Positions 9,814 through 18,633 of a stretch of DNA of 64,000 bases are shown piece by piece. The DNA lies in assembly GCA_963846545.1 (NCBI GenBank), contig CAWJWG010000003.1, positions 622,192 to 686,191 of the forward strand. The letters are read 5' to 3'. A program made the position numbers and the translations under genes. The notes under the pieces were generated by a model. That model had not been told where the DNA came from. It saw only the letters and a program-made list of their open reading frames with translations, and made no database searches. The DNA comes from an uncultured Gemmatimonadales bacterium. Lineage in GTDB: Bacteria > Gemmatimonadota > Gemmatimonadetes > Gemmatimonadales > GWC2-71-9. Each line of letters begins with the position of its first letter. Position 1 is the stretch's first letter.

Positions 9814-10713
9814 CTACGACGAAGTCTGCGGGACCGTCATGCCCATGACGTGGTATCCGTTGTCCACGTAGACGACGCTCCCGGTGATGGCGGATGCCAG
9901 CGGGCTGCAGAGAAACGCCGCCGTGTGTCCCACGTCGGTGGCCTGGATCGGGCGCGGAAGCGGAGCGTTCGCGCTGGTGTAGTCGATCATGGTGTGGATG
10001 AATCCGATCGCGGTCGCCGCGCGCGAGGCCCAGGGTCCCGCGGAGATCGCGTTGATCCGCACGCCCCACCGCCGGCCCGCCTCGAACGCGAGCGTCCGTG
10101 TATCGGCCTCGAGCGCCGCCTTGGCCGACGACATCCCGCCGCCGTAACCGGGAATCACCCGCTCGCCCGCGAGATAGGTGAGCGACACGAACGAGCCGTT
10201 CGGAGCCATGAGCGGCGCGAGGTTTCGCACCAGCGAGATGTTGCTGTAGGCGCTGACGCTGACCGCCGCCAGGTATCCCGCGCGCGACGTGTCCACCAGC
10301 GGCGACTTGACCTCCGGCCCGTTGGCCAGGCTGTGCACCACGATGTCGAGCCCGCCCTCGCCGAAGTCCTCCCGCAGGCGAGTGGCCAGTCCCTCGATGG
10401 TGAAGTCGCCCTGCTCCTTGTAGCGCTTGTTCTCGCGCACGTCCTGCGGCACATCCGCCATCGTGTCCCATGCCGCGTCGAGGGGATAGATCCGCTCGAA
10501 CTCCAGCTTGCGGCCGTCGGGGAGCGCAAGCGACTCCTCGATCTTCCCGCGCTCCAGCAGCTTGGTGAAGATGCCGAGCGCGGGAGGCCAGCTGCCGAGA
10601 CAAATGGATGCGCCGGCCTCGGCAAGCGATTTGGCGATCGCGAAGCCGAAACCGGCGTCGTCGGACACGCCGGCGACGAGGGCGCGCTTGCCGGTCAGGT
10701 CGATGGGAAGCAT
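9814..10713 (-). CDS. fabI: Enoyl-ACP reductase, plant/Chlamydia-type FabI
   Basis: 299-aa tail of ORF 9814..12090, starting at ATG 10711-10713. GKRALVAGVSDDAGFGFAIAKSLAEAGA...YPLDA...NKRY..SLANGPEV..YGGGMSSAKAALE closely follows plant ENR-type FabI. The 459-aa upstream extension is a shadow ORF over the permease gene. Confidence 0.85.
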   Translation of the reverse strand: MLPIDLTGKRALVAGVSDDAGFGFAIAKSLAEAGASICLGSWPPALGIFTKLLERGKIEESLALPDGRKLEFERIYPLDAAWDTMADVPQDVRENKRYKEQGDFTIEGLATRLREDFGEGGLDIVVHSLANGPEVKSPLVDTSRAGYLAAVSVSAYSNISLVRNLAPLMAPNGSFVSLTYLAGERVIPGYGGGMSSAKAALEADTRTLAFEAGRRWGVRINAISAGPWASRAATAIGFIHTMIDYTSANAPLPRPIQATDVGHTAAFLCSPLASAITGSVVYVDNGYHVMGMTVPQTSS

Positions 10714-10754
10714 GGGGAGGAAGTATAGCTGGAGACGGTCGGCGCTCGGCAGCG

Positions 10755-13289
10755 CTAGTCGCCCCGCAGCACCTCGAGCGGCGTTCGGCGGATCACCTCG
10801 CGGCTGTTGAGCAGTCCCACCAGCACGGTCAGCCCCACCACGCCGAGCACCAGCGCGGCGAGCGGAAGCGGCTGCGGCGAGAAGCCGCCCTCGAAGACCC
10901 ACCGGGCGAGCGCCCACGCCGCCGCTGCCGAGAGCAGCGCCGCGACCGTCGCGGCCATCGTGCCGAGTGCCACGTACTCGGCCACCACGATGCGGAAGAG
11001 CTGCGCGCGGGTGGCGCCCAGGGTCCGCAGCAGGGCGCCCTCGCGGATCCGCTGGAACCGGCTCGTGGCCAGCGCGCCGATCAGCACCAGTGTGCCGGTG
11101 GCCAGGGTAAACGCGGCCATGAAGCGGATCGCCAGCACCACGCGATCCACCAGCCGCTCGAGCGCCTCCTGCACCACCGACAGGTCGAGCGTGGTGACGT
11201 TGGGGAGCTCCTCGGCCAGGCGGCGCTGGAGCGTCCCCCGCGCGGCCGGGCTCTCCACCCGAGTCAACGTCACCAGCGTCTGGGGCGCGTCCTCCAGTGA
11301 CCCGGGCTGAAAGACGACGAAGAAATTCGGCTCGAAGCGGGCCCAATCCACCTCGCGGAGGCTGGTGACCAGCGTCGGCACCTGGATCCCCTGCACATCC
11401 CACACGATCTCGTCGCCTACCCCGACGTTGAGCTCCTGGGCGAGCTCGGTTTCCATCGAGATGCCGGGGCGGTCGCCTGCTCGCGCGCCCGGCTCCCACC
11501 AGCGTCCGCTGACGAGCCGCTCGGAGGCCACCACCGTGTCGCGATAGGTGGAGCGGAACTCCCGGCGCAACGCCCATGCGCCGGTCGTGGCGGTGTCGCC
11601 GAGCATTGCGCGCACCGGGCGGCCTTTGACGGACGCGATCCGCATCGGCACGATCGGTGCCGCCACGGCGGCCGGGAGACCGGCGTCGCGCAGCTCGCGG
11701 CGGACCGCGGAGAGCTGATCGGGCTGGATGTCGAAGAGCACGAGGTTGGGACGCAAAGGACCGCCACGCACCCGGAGCTGCTGGAGGAGATTGAGCTGGA
11801 CCAGGATGAGAGTCCCCAGCAGGAACGCGCCGAAGCCGATGGCCAGTACGACCGTGACCGTCTGGTTCGCGGGGCGGTGGAGGTTGGATAGCCCCTGGCG
11901 CCAGGTATAGGGCCAGCCGCGGGGGAGCCAGCGGCGGGTGCCGCGCACGAGTGCCCACGCGGCGGCCCAGAGCACCAGGACCGCCACCGCGGCGCCGGCG
12001 GAGAAGACGGCGCCTTGCCGGAGGCTCCCGACCTGGATGGCCGCCAGTCCGACGGTGGTGGCTGCGAGCGCGATCAGCACCACCCACCACCAGGGATCGC
12101 GCGCACGGGCGTCGGGCTCGACGTCACGCCTGAGCGCGGCGAGCGGAGGCACTCGCCGCACCTCGAGCAACGGGAACAGCGCGAAGATGAGCGCGACCCA
12201 GAGCCCCATCCCGACACCCACCGCAATCGCCGACCACGACACGGCGGTGTCTACGTCCACGGGGAGCAGATCGGCCAGCAGGCCGGGTAGCGCCTGCTGG
12301 AAGCCGACGCCGGCCGCCGCACCCACAAGGCCGCCGGCGAGCGCCATCCCGGCGGCTTCGACGGCGTAGACCGCGAGCACGCGTCGTCCGCTCGCGCCGA
12401 GACATCGGAGCACGGCGATCGTGTCCATGCGCTGGCGGATGAAGACCACGACGGCGCTGGCGACCCCGATGCCGCCCAGCAGCAGCGCGACCAGCGCCAC
12501 GAGCCCCAGGTAGCCGGTCAGGCGGGACAGCGTCTCGTTGAGCCGCTCGCGATCGTCGGCCACGGTGCGGACGCGCACCCGCTCGCTGCGAAGCTGCGAT
12601 CCGTGCCGATCGGCGAAGACCTGCGCCGAGATGCTCGACGGAAGCCGGAGATAGGCCTCGTACTCGGCGCGCGCGCCGAAGCCGAGCAGGCGGGTCTCCT
12701 CGAGGTACGCGGCGGGTATGAAGACCCGTGGTCCGAAGGCGGCGCGGAGTCCGACGTTGCCAGGCGCGCTGGTAACGGTGCCGCTCACGACGAAGCGCCC
12801 CTCGCCCAGCGCGAGCGTGTCGCCGACCCGCGCGCGGAGCGCGGTGAGGAGCGACGGGTCCACCACTGCGTGGCGCGCAGACTGCAGCTCGCCCCAGGCC
12901 GGCACCGGGTCGGTGCGGATCTCGCCATAGAACGGATAGGGTCCGCGGATCGCGGCGACCTGTACCAGGCGCGTGCCCTCGGTGCGCGGCACGTATGCCA
13001 TCGCGGAGAAGTTGGTCACCCGCGCTTCGGCCGCGCCCTGCCGCTCCAGCGAATCCAGCAGCCGCTCGGCCCGGGTGGGCAACGGCTGCCGGCTTTCGAG
13101 CGAGAGGTCGGCGCCGAGCAGGGCCTGCGCCTGGCGACGCACCGAGTCTCGCAGGTTCGCGGTGAAGGAGTTGATCGCCACCAGGGCGGCGACACCGACC
13201 GCCACCGAGGCGGTCAGCAGCAGCAGGCGCCGAGGCGAGGCGCGGACTTCGCGCCCCGCCATCCGGAGCACGAACCCGAGCGAGGTCAC
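10755..13289 (-). CDS. ABC transporter permease, duplicated FtsX/MacB-type (YbbP-like)
   Basis: ORF of 844 aa with two FtsX-type 4-TM modules and large periplasmic loops. GTG at 13287-13289 overlaps the ATPase stop (GTGA). Confidence 0.9.
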   Translation of the reverse strand: MTSLGFVLRMAGREVRASPRRLLLLTASVAVGVAALVAINSFTANLRDSVRRQAQALLGADLSLESRQPLPTRAERLLDSLERQGAAEARVTNFSAMAYVPRTEGTRLVQVAAIRGPYPFYGEIRTDPVPAWGELQSARHAVVDPSLLTALRARVGDTLALGEGRFVVSGTVTSAPGNVGLRAAFGPRVFIPAAYLEETRLLGFGARAEYEAYLRLPSSISAQVFADRHGSQLRSERVRVRTVADDRERLNETLSRLTGYLGLVALVALLLGGIGVASAVVVFIRQRMDTIAVLRCLGASGRRVLAVYAVEAAGMALAGGLVGAAAGVGFQQALPGLLADLLPVDVDTAVSWSAIAVGVGMGLWVALIFALFPLLEVRRVPPLAALRRDVEPDARARDPWWWVVLIALAATTVGLAAIQVGSLRQGAVFSAGAAVAVLVLWAAAWALVRGTRRWLPRGWPYTWRQGLSNLHRPANQTVTVVLAIGFGAFLLGTLILVQLNLLQQLRVRGGPLRPNLVLFDIQPDQLSAVRRELRDAGLPAAVAAPIVPMRIASVKGRPVRAMLGDTATTGAWALRREFRSTYRDTVVASERLVSGRWWEPGARAGDRPGISMETELAQELNVGVGDEIVWDVQGIQVPTLVTSLREVDWARFEPNFFVVFQPGSLEDAPQTLVTLTRVESPAARGTLQRRLAEELPNVTTLDLSVVQEALERLVDRVVLAIRFMAAFTLATGTLVLIGALATSRFQRIREGALLRTLGATRAQLFRIVVAEYVALGTMAATVAALLSAAAAWALARWVFEGGFSPQPLPLAALVLGVVGLTVLVGLLNSREVIRRTPLEVLRGD

Positions 13290-13954
13290 GCGGCGGTGTC
13301 GGTGACGATGCGGCCGTCGGCCAGGCGAATGGTGCGCCGGGCGCGCGCCGCCAGATCGAGGTCGTGGGTGACGAGCACCAGCGTCGTGCCGAAGTCGCGG
13401 TTGAGTTCGACCATGAGATCGATGATGCCCGCGCCGGTGCGGGCGTCGAGATTCCCCGTAGGCTCGTCGGCGAAGAGGATTCGCGGCCGGGTGCTGAAGG
13501 CGCGCGCAAGCGCCACGCGCTGCTGCTCACCGCCGGAGAGCTGCGCGGGATAGTGGTCGCCGCGGTCGCCCAGTCCCACACGCGTCAGCAGCTCGGCCGC
13601 CCGGTCAGCCGCGGGCTCGCCGCGAAGCTCGAGCGGCACCTGGACATTCTCCCGCGCGGTCAGCGTGGGGATCAGATGGAACGACTGGAACACGAACCCG
13701 AGCTTCTGCCCCCGCATGCGGGCTCGCGCGTCCTCGTCGAGCGCACCGAGCTCCTCGCCGTCGAGATGGACCGTCCCCGATGTCGGCCGGTCCAGCCCGG
13801 CGAGCAGTCCCAGCAGCGTGGTCTTGCCGCTGCCCGACGGCCCCACCACGGCCGCGAAGCCGCCCGGCTCGATGGTGAACGTGATATCGTTCAACACGGT
13901 GAGCTCACGGCCACCGGAGCGATAGGTCTTGGTCAGCGATGCGCATTGGAGCAT
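13286..13954 (-). CDS. ABC transporter ATP-binding protein (YbbA/LolD-like)
   Basis: 222 aa from ATG 13952-13954. It has Walker A GPSGSGKTT, the signature LSGGEQQRVALARA and Walker B ILFADEPT. Confidence 0.92.
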   Translation of the reverse strand: MLQCASLTKTYRSGGRELTVLNDITFTIEPGGFAAVVGPSGSGKTTLLGLLAGLDRPTSGTVHLDGEELGALDEDARARMRGQKLGFVFQSFHLIPTLTARENVQVPLELRGEPAADRAAELLTRVGLGDRGDHYPAQLSGGEQQRVALARAFSTRPRILFADEPTGNLDARTGAGIIDLMVELNRDFGTTLVLVTHDLDLAARARRTIRLADGRIVTDTAA

Positions 13955-13961
13955 GGTCTGA

Positions 13962-14636
13962 ATGATATCCAGGTACGGATGGCGAGGGCTGTTGGTTGCG
14001 CTGGCGCTGGTCGCCTGCGAGGCCGAGGATCGGCCCGCGCGCGAGACAGCCCCACCGCCCCCGCCCGCTGGAGAGCGGGCGCGGATCGTGTTTCTCGGCA
14101 CCAGCTTGACCGCCGGCCTCGGTCTGGATCCGGACCAGGCCTATCCCGCGCTGATTCAGCAGAAACTGGATGCGGGCGGACTGCGGTACGAAGCGGTGAA
14201 CGCAGGGGTGAGCGGCGAGACGTCGGCCGGGGCAAGGCGACGGACCGAGTGGCTGTTGCGGCAGCCGATCTCCGTTCTGGTGATCGAGACCGGGGCCAAC
14301 GACGGCCTTCGGGGACTCGACCCCGATTCGCTCCGGTCCAACGTCCAGGCCATCGTGGACGAGGCGGGCAAGCAGACGCCGAAGCCCGCTGTCGTCCTCC
14401 TGGGCATGCGCGCTCCGCCGAACCTCGGCCCGATGTACGCAGGGCGGTTCGCCCGGGTCTACCCCGAGCTTGCGAAGGCGAACGACCTGCCGTTCGTGCC
14501 GTTCTTGCTCGAGGGTGTCGCCGGAGATGCGGCGCTCAACCAGGCGGACATGATCCACCCGACCGCGGAGGGACAGCGCCGTATGGCCGAGACGGTGTGG
14601 AAGGTGCTGGAGCCACTGGTCACGAGGGGCGATTAG
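13962..14636 (+). CDS. tesA: SGNH/GDSL arylesterase-lysophospholipase, TesA-like lipoprotein
   Basis: ORF of 224 aa with lipobox LALVAC, block I FLGTSLTAG, block III ETGANDG and block V DMIHP. It lies divergent, 7 bp from the ybbA-like start, which is the classic tesA/ybbA/ybbP arrangement. Confidence 0.85.
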   Translation: MISRYGWRGLLVALALVACEAEDRPARETAPPPPPAGERARIVFLGTSLTAGLGLDPDQAYPALIQQKLDAGGLRYEAVNAGVSGETSAGARRRTEWLLRQPISVLVIETGANDGLRGLDPDSLRSNVQAIVDEAGKQTPKPAVVLLGMRAPPNLGPMYAGRFARVYPELAKANDLPFVPFLLEGVAGDAALNQADMIHPTAEGQRRMAETVWKVLEPLVTRGD

Positions 14637-15840
14637 GCGGCGACCGCATCAACTCCTCCAGCGCCGCCACCGCGGTGTCGATCTCGTCGGCGGAGTTGTA
14701 GTAGTGCGGGGAGACCCGGAGCGCTGAGGCGGTGCCCTTGTCGTCCATGTCGATCACGGCGTCCTCGCGAAGCGGCGCGCTGGTGTTGATCCGGCGGGCC
14801 CGCAGCGCGAGCTTGAGCTCGTCGCCGGAGCGCCCTTCCACCTCCGCCGTCGCGATGGCGCACAGCGCGGGGCCTCGATCGAGCACCCGCACGCCGTCCA
14901 CCGCCGCCAGCCGCTCCCGCGCGTACTTCGCAAGGTCCCAGGCCCGCTGCTGCGCCGTCTCGATGCCCACCTCGAGCGCGTAGTCGGCGGCGGCCCCGGT
15001 CCCCAGCACCAGCGCGAATCCCAACTCCCAGCTCTCGAATCTCCGCGCGTCCGGGCGAAGCTCGAACTCGTCGGGATCGCTCCAGGTCGCGCCGTGCATG
15101 TCCACCGTCAGCGGGTAGGCCCCGGCCGCGATGGCACGATCCGACACGTAAAGAAAGCCGACGCCGCGCGGCCCTCGGAGGAACTTGCGCGACGTTCCGG
15201 CCAGGTAGTCGCAGTGCAGGCGGCCCACGTCCACCGGCATCTGCCCGACCGCCTGACAGGCGTCCACGATGTACGGCACATCAGCCTCGCGGCAGACCTC
15301 CCCCACCTGCTCGGCGGGCTGCACCAGGCCCGAATTGGTGGGGATCCAGCTCAAGGCGACCAGCGTCGGGCGACGGCCAGCGATCAACTCGCGTACGGCC
15401 TGGGGATCGATGCCGCCCTCCGGTGCGTCGGGCGCCCGGACGAACGCCACGCCCTGCCGCCGCGCGAGGGCCAGGTACATGATCTGGTTGGAGGCGTAGT
15501 CGGCCCGGCTGGTCAGGATCAGGTCGCCTGGGGCGAAGTCGAACGCGGCGAACGCCTGGGCGAACGCCACGGTCGAATTCTGCTGCATGGCGATGTTGCG
15601 GGCCTTGGCGCCGAGTAGGCGGGCGATTGAGTCGTACGCGTCGTGCAGCTCCTTCGCGCGGGCGTCGGCTGCTTCGTACCCGCCCATCTCGCTCTCCAGC
15701 GCGAGGTGCGCGGCCACAGCGTCGCGCACCGCCGTAGTGACCAGTGCCGCGCCGGCGTTGTTGAGGTGCACGAGACGCTCGCAGCCGGGCGTATCGGCCC
15801 GCCACCGTGAGAGGCCACTGGGATTCGGCGGACGGGTCAT
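14620..15840 (-). CDS. Class V aminotransferase / cysteine-desulfurase-like PLP enzyme
   Basis: 406 aa from ATG 15838-15840, internal to ORF 14620..16104. It has a PLP-Lys region (LAGTSRKFLRGPRGVGFLYV). The start overlaps the gntR stop (ATGA). Confidence 0.85.
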   Translation of the reverse strand: MTRPPNPSGLSRWRADTPGCERLVHLNNAGAALVTTAVRDAVAAHLALESEMGGYEAADARAKELHDAYDSIARLLGAKARNIAMQQNSTVAFAQAFAAFDFAPGDLILTSRADYASNQIMYLALARRQGVAFVRAPDAPEGGIDPQAVRELIAGRRPTLVALSWIPTNSGLVQPAEQVGEVCREADVPYIVDACQAVGQMPVDVGRLHCDYLAGTSRKFLRGPRGVGFLYVSDRAIAAGAYPLTVDMHGATWSDPDEFELRPDARRFESWELGFALVLGTGAAADYALEVGIETAQQRAWDLAKYARERLAAVDGVRVLDRGPALCAIATAEVEGRSGDELKLALRARRINTSAPLREDAVIDMDDKGTASALRVSPHYYNSADEIDTAVAALEELMRSPPNRPS

Positions 15841-16478
15841 GGAAGGGCGCTCGCGATCTCGTCGATGCCGCGCCGCCACTTGCGCTCGAGGAGCTGCCGG
15901 GCTCTGGACCGGTCGCCCTCCCCAAGGGCGTCGACGATGCGGGCGTGGGGAAGACTGGAGAGACTCACGCGACCCCCGCGCTCGAGGTAGTGGTGGAGGT
16001 AGCGGCGGATGGTGCGGCGAAGTCCACCGACCAGGGAGAGCAGCCGCCGGTTCGGGCCGTCCTGGAGCAGCACGCGGTGGAACTCGTCGTCCAGCTCGAT
16101 GCACCCCGCGATGTCTCCGCGGGTCTGCTCCAGCCGGCGGACGATGTCGCCGAGACGCGTGAGGGTGGTGGGTCCGGGCTCAGGAACCTGGTCGAGCGCG
16201 AGCGGCTCCAGCGCGATGAGAATGGCTCCGACGTCCCGGAGCTCGCCCGAGTCGAGCGGGGGGAGGTGAAATCCGCGGCCCACGTCGGCGATGAGGAGCC
16301 CCTCGCGGGCGAGGCGCTGCAGGGCTTCCCGCACCGGAGTGCGGCTGACACCCAGCTCGGCTGCGATCGAGCTATCTCGGACCTTGGTTCCCGCAGTGAT
16401 GCTTCCGCGTTGAATGCGTTGCAGGATATCGAGATAGACTTGGTCTCCAAGCGGTGCTCTTGCTATGGTGCTAGGCAT
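15837..16478 (-). CDS. GntR family (FadR/FCD subfamily) transcriptional regulator
   Basis: ORF of 213 aa with an N-terminal wHTH (SSIAAELGVSRTPVREALQRLAREGLL) and a C-terminal FCD-type helical domain. Confidence 0.9.
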   Translation of the reverse strand: MPSTIARAPLGDQVYLDILQRIQRGSITAGTKVRDSSIAAELGVSRTPVREALQRLAREGLLIADVGRGFHLPPLDSGELRDVGAILIALEPLALDQVPEPGPTTLTRLGDIVRRLEQTRGDIAGCIELDDEFHRVLLQDGPNRRLLSLVGGLRRTIRRYLHHYLERGGRVSLSSLPHARIVDALGEGDRSRARQLLERKWRRGIDEIASALP

Positions 16479-16502
16479 ACTATACTCGCTATAAGATATT
16501 CT

Positions 16503-16515
16503 GAATACAGTATTC
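16503..16515. promoter_or_regulatory. Candidate GntR operator (perfect palindrome GAATAC-A-GTATTC)
   Basis: A perfect 6-1-6 palindrome sits 25 nt upstream of the gntR ATG, inside an unusually AT-rich intergenic stretch. Its GT..AC core is typical of GntR-family sites. Confidence 0.35.
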
Positions 16516-16718
16516 TAATGGTCATTTCCGCAAGTCCCCTTCCTGATACGAAAGTCCCCTTCCTGAGAAGAGATGATCAATCGCCTCGTCCATCGTATCG
16601 ACGCCCGAGGGGGGACCGCGTCGCAGTCCAATCGAAGGGGTCGATTTTCTCCTTCGGCGGCGGCACCTTTGCCACACTCCACACATACCCAAGCCGCCGG
16701 CCACCGGCGGAGGAATAC

Positions 16719-17636
16719 ATGGATAGCTCGCGTCTGGCGTTCCTCTGTCTTCTCGCGGCCGCGCCGCTGCACGCGCAATCCGAGGCCGAGCTCAAGCAGT
16801 ATTTCGAGGGAAAGCGCGTCACGCTCAGGATCGGCATGCCGGGGTCGGAGGAAGGCGTGGACGTCTATCCCGGCACTGACCGCCCCCTCGACTATCCGCG
16901 GTACGCCGAGCGCCTCAAGAACAACGGGACCGCGATCGAGTCGGGGGACGACGCGATGATCACGAAGATCAGGGTCAAGTCCAGGCACATCGAATTCCAC
17001 CTGGACGGCGGCGGCTACGGTACGATGAGTGACGAGACGTCGACCTCGGTGCCGGTCGGAAATGCCGAGAAGACGAAGCGGGAAAAGAACCTGGAGGCCG
17101 AGCTCAAGCGGGAGAAGGATCCGGTCAAGCGCCGGGAGATCAAGGAGGAGCTCGACGACCTCGAGAACGCCCGCGAGCGCGAGGACTCGCGCAATCGCGC
17201 CGAGGTGGCCGATGCGGAGGAGCAGAAGAAGCAGAATCTCCGCCAGCGGCGGCTCGATGGCGGCTCGCGGTTCAACGTGCGCTATCGCGACCAGATGCCC
17301 GCGGCGGTACTGACGCCTCCCGGCCTGGAGGCCGCGCTCGCCGAGTACGTCACCTTCACCCCCATGCCGGTCAACCTGTCGGCGCCGAGCGGCGTCACTC
17401 CGCCGGCCACTACCGACCCCCTGAGCTCGGCTTCCGCCCCGCAGCGAGGCGGAATTCCTCGCAAGGGCATGAGTGCCACCGAGGCCGAGGCGCAGCTCGG
17501 CGCGCCGCTTCAGACCGCCGAGCGCGCGGAGGGAACGCTGCGCGTCGTCACCCGCACCTATCGGTCGGATGCCGGGGAGATCAGCGCCGACTTCGTCGAG
17601 GACGTGCTGATTCGATTCTCGATCACGTCCAACTGA
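16719..17636 (+). CDS. Secreted hypothetical protein with highly charged E/K/R-rich central helix
   Basis: 305 aa from ATG 16719, preceded by GGCGGAGGA. It has the signal peptide MDSSRLAFLCLLAAAPLHAQS and a central EKTKREKNLEAELKREKDPVKRREIKEELDDLENAREREDSRNRAEVADAEEQKKQNLRQRR segment. I recognise no family. Confidence 0.7.
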   Translation: MDSSRLAFLCLLAAAPLHAQSEAELKQYFEGKRVTLRIGMPGSEEGVDVYPGTDRPLDYPRYAERLKNNGTAIESGDDAMITKIRVKSRHIEFHLDGGGYGTMSDETSTSVPVGNAEKTKREKNLEAELKREKDPVKRREIKEELDDLENAREREDSRNRAEVADAEEQKKQNLRQRRLDGGSRFNVRYRDQMPAAVLTPPGLEAALAEYVTFTPMPVNLSAPSGVTPPATTDPLSSASAPQRGGIPRKGMSATEAEAQLGAPLQTAERAEGTLRVVTRTYRSDAGEISADFVEDVLIRFSITSN

Positions 17637-17676
17637 TCAGGGGAAGCAGGCGAAACGAAGGAGGGGAGTTGCGCGA

Positions 17677-18633
17677 CTAGAGCCGCCCGATGGTCACTGG
17701 GATGGAGACCGCGCCGAAACGAACGCCGGGCCGGTCGGCGTACCGCAGGTCTACGATGTGCACCACGAACCGACCCGCTCCCAGGTCCTCGATTTCATAG
17801 GCCGGGAACCGCGCCCAGCCGAGAAAGCGTCGTCCGATTGTCGTGGCGGCCGCGGCTCGGGCGGCCGGATGGCTCGCCTCACCCTTCGGATACACTTCGA
17901 CCGACGCCGCGTCCGTGTGCGGAGCGATGAGCCACCGGAAGCTCGCGCTCCGGTACACCTCGCCCTGATCCACCACCACTCGGCGCACGAAGGGATTCAC
18001 CGGCAGGGGTGAGACCATCAGCCGGCGCACGGGCGCGCCGGTCGTCTCGACCAGCTCGCGCGCCGCGATCCGCCGGGCGGCGAGAGACGACACCGCCATG
18101 ACGACGGCGTACGCCGTGGAGACGCCGAGGGCGAGCCGTGCGGGCCGGGTGGTCCGGCGCGCGGATCGGCTGAGGAACACGCCGATGGCGAGGGTGAGCC
18201 AGAGCCAGGGATCCACGATGAAGAGCGTATCGCCGTAGAACCACTGGCCGTTGAACGGCATCAGCCAGCGTACGCCGTAGGTGTTGAGGGTATCGAGTAC
18301 CGGGTGGGACCAGACGGCCACCGCGGCCAGCAGGAGAACCTGGCCGGCGACCAGTGGAGAGGGCCGCTCGCCGGGTCGCAGGCGCCGGATGGCGCGATCC
18401 AGGAGCACGATCGCGCCGGTAAGAACGAAGGGCCACAGCGCCAGCGCCAGAATGCCGTGGGTCCAGCCGCGGCGGAACGCGACGTCCGCCGCAGGTCCCC
18501 AGAGGTAGGCCACGACATCGACATCGGGAATGTTGGCCCCGATGATCAGTGTGGTGGTGCCGAGTGCAGTCCGCCTCCCCAGGCCGCTCCGGGCGAGCCC
18601 GGCGCCGACCAGGGTGTGGCAGATGGGATCTAT
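17677..18633 (-). CDS. Membrane-bound metal-dependent hydrolase, YdjM/DUF457-like
   Basis: Family-type N-terminus (I)DPICHTLVGAGL..IPDVDVV..RRGWTHGI. There is no ATG/GTG/TTG in frame near it, and I place the start at ATA 18631-18633, so the start is uncertain. The 451-aa track ORF extends across osmC and is not credible. Confidence 0.65.
   Translation of the reverse strand: MDPICHTLVGAGLARSGLGRRTALGTTTLIIGANIPDVDVVAYLWGPAADVAFRRGWTHGILALALWPFVLTGAIVLLDRAIRRLRPGERPSPLVAGQVLLLAAVAVWSHPVLDTLNTYGVRWLMPFNGQWFYGDTLFIVDPWLWLTLAIGVFLSRSARRTTRPARLALGVSTAYAVVMAVSSLAARRIAARELVETTGAPVRRLMVSPLPVNPFVRRVVVDQGEVYRSASFRWLIAPHTDAASVEVYPKGEASHPAARAAAATTIGRRFLGWARFPAYEIEDLGAGRFVVHIVDLRYADRPGVRFGAVSIPVTIGRL

Noticed and set aside
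10714-12090. 459-aa N-terminal extension of ORF 9814..12090
   Set aside because: The extension is Arg/Pro/Gly-rich junk that overlaps the FtsX-type permease gene in another frame. The FabI homology begins exactly at ATG 10711-10713.
12124-14701. ORFs 12124..13581 (-), 12603..13553 (+), 13364..14701 (+)
   Set aside because: Alternative-frame or antisense ORFs across the ABC permease, ATPase and tesA genes. They have no motifs and a skewed composition.
16531-16566. GTCCCCTTC in the 15-bp direct repeats as a relative of the palindromic element core
   Set aside because: The shared 9-mer lacks the inverted partner and the flanking conserved ends. I treat it as a separate feature.
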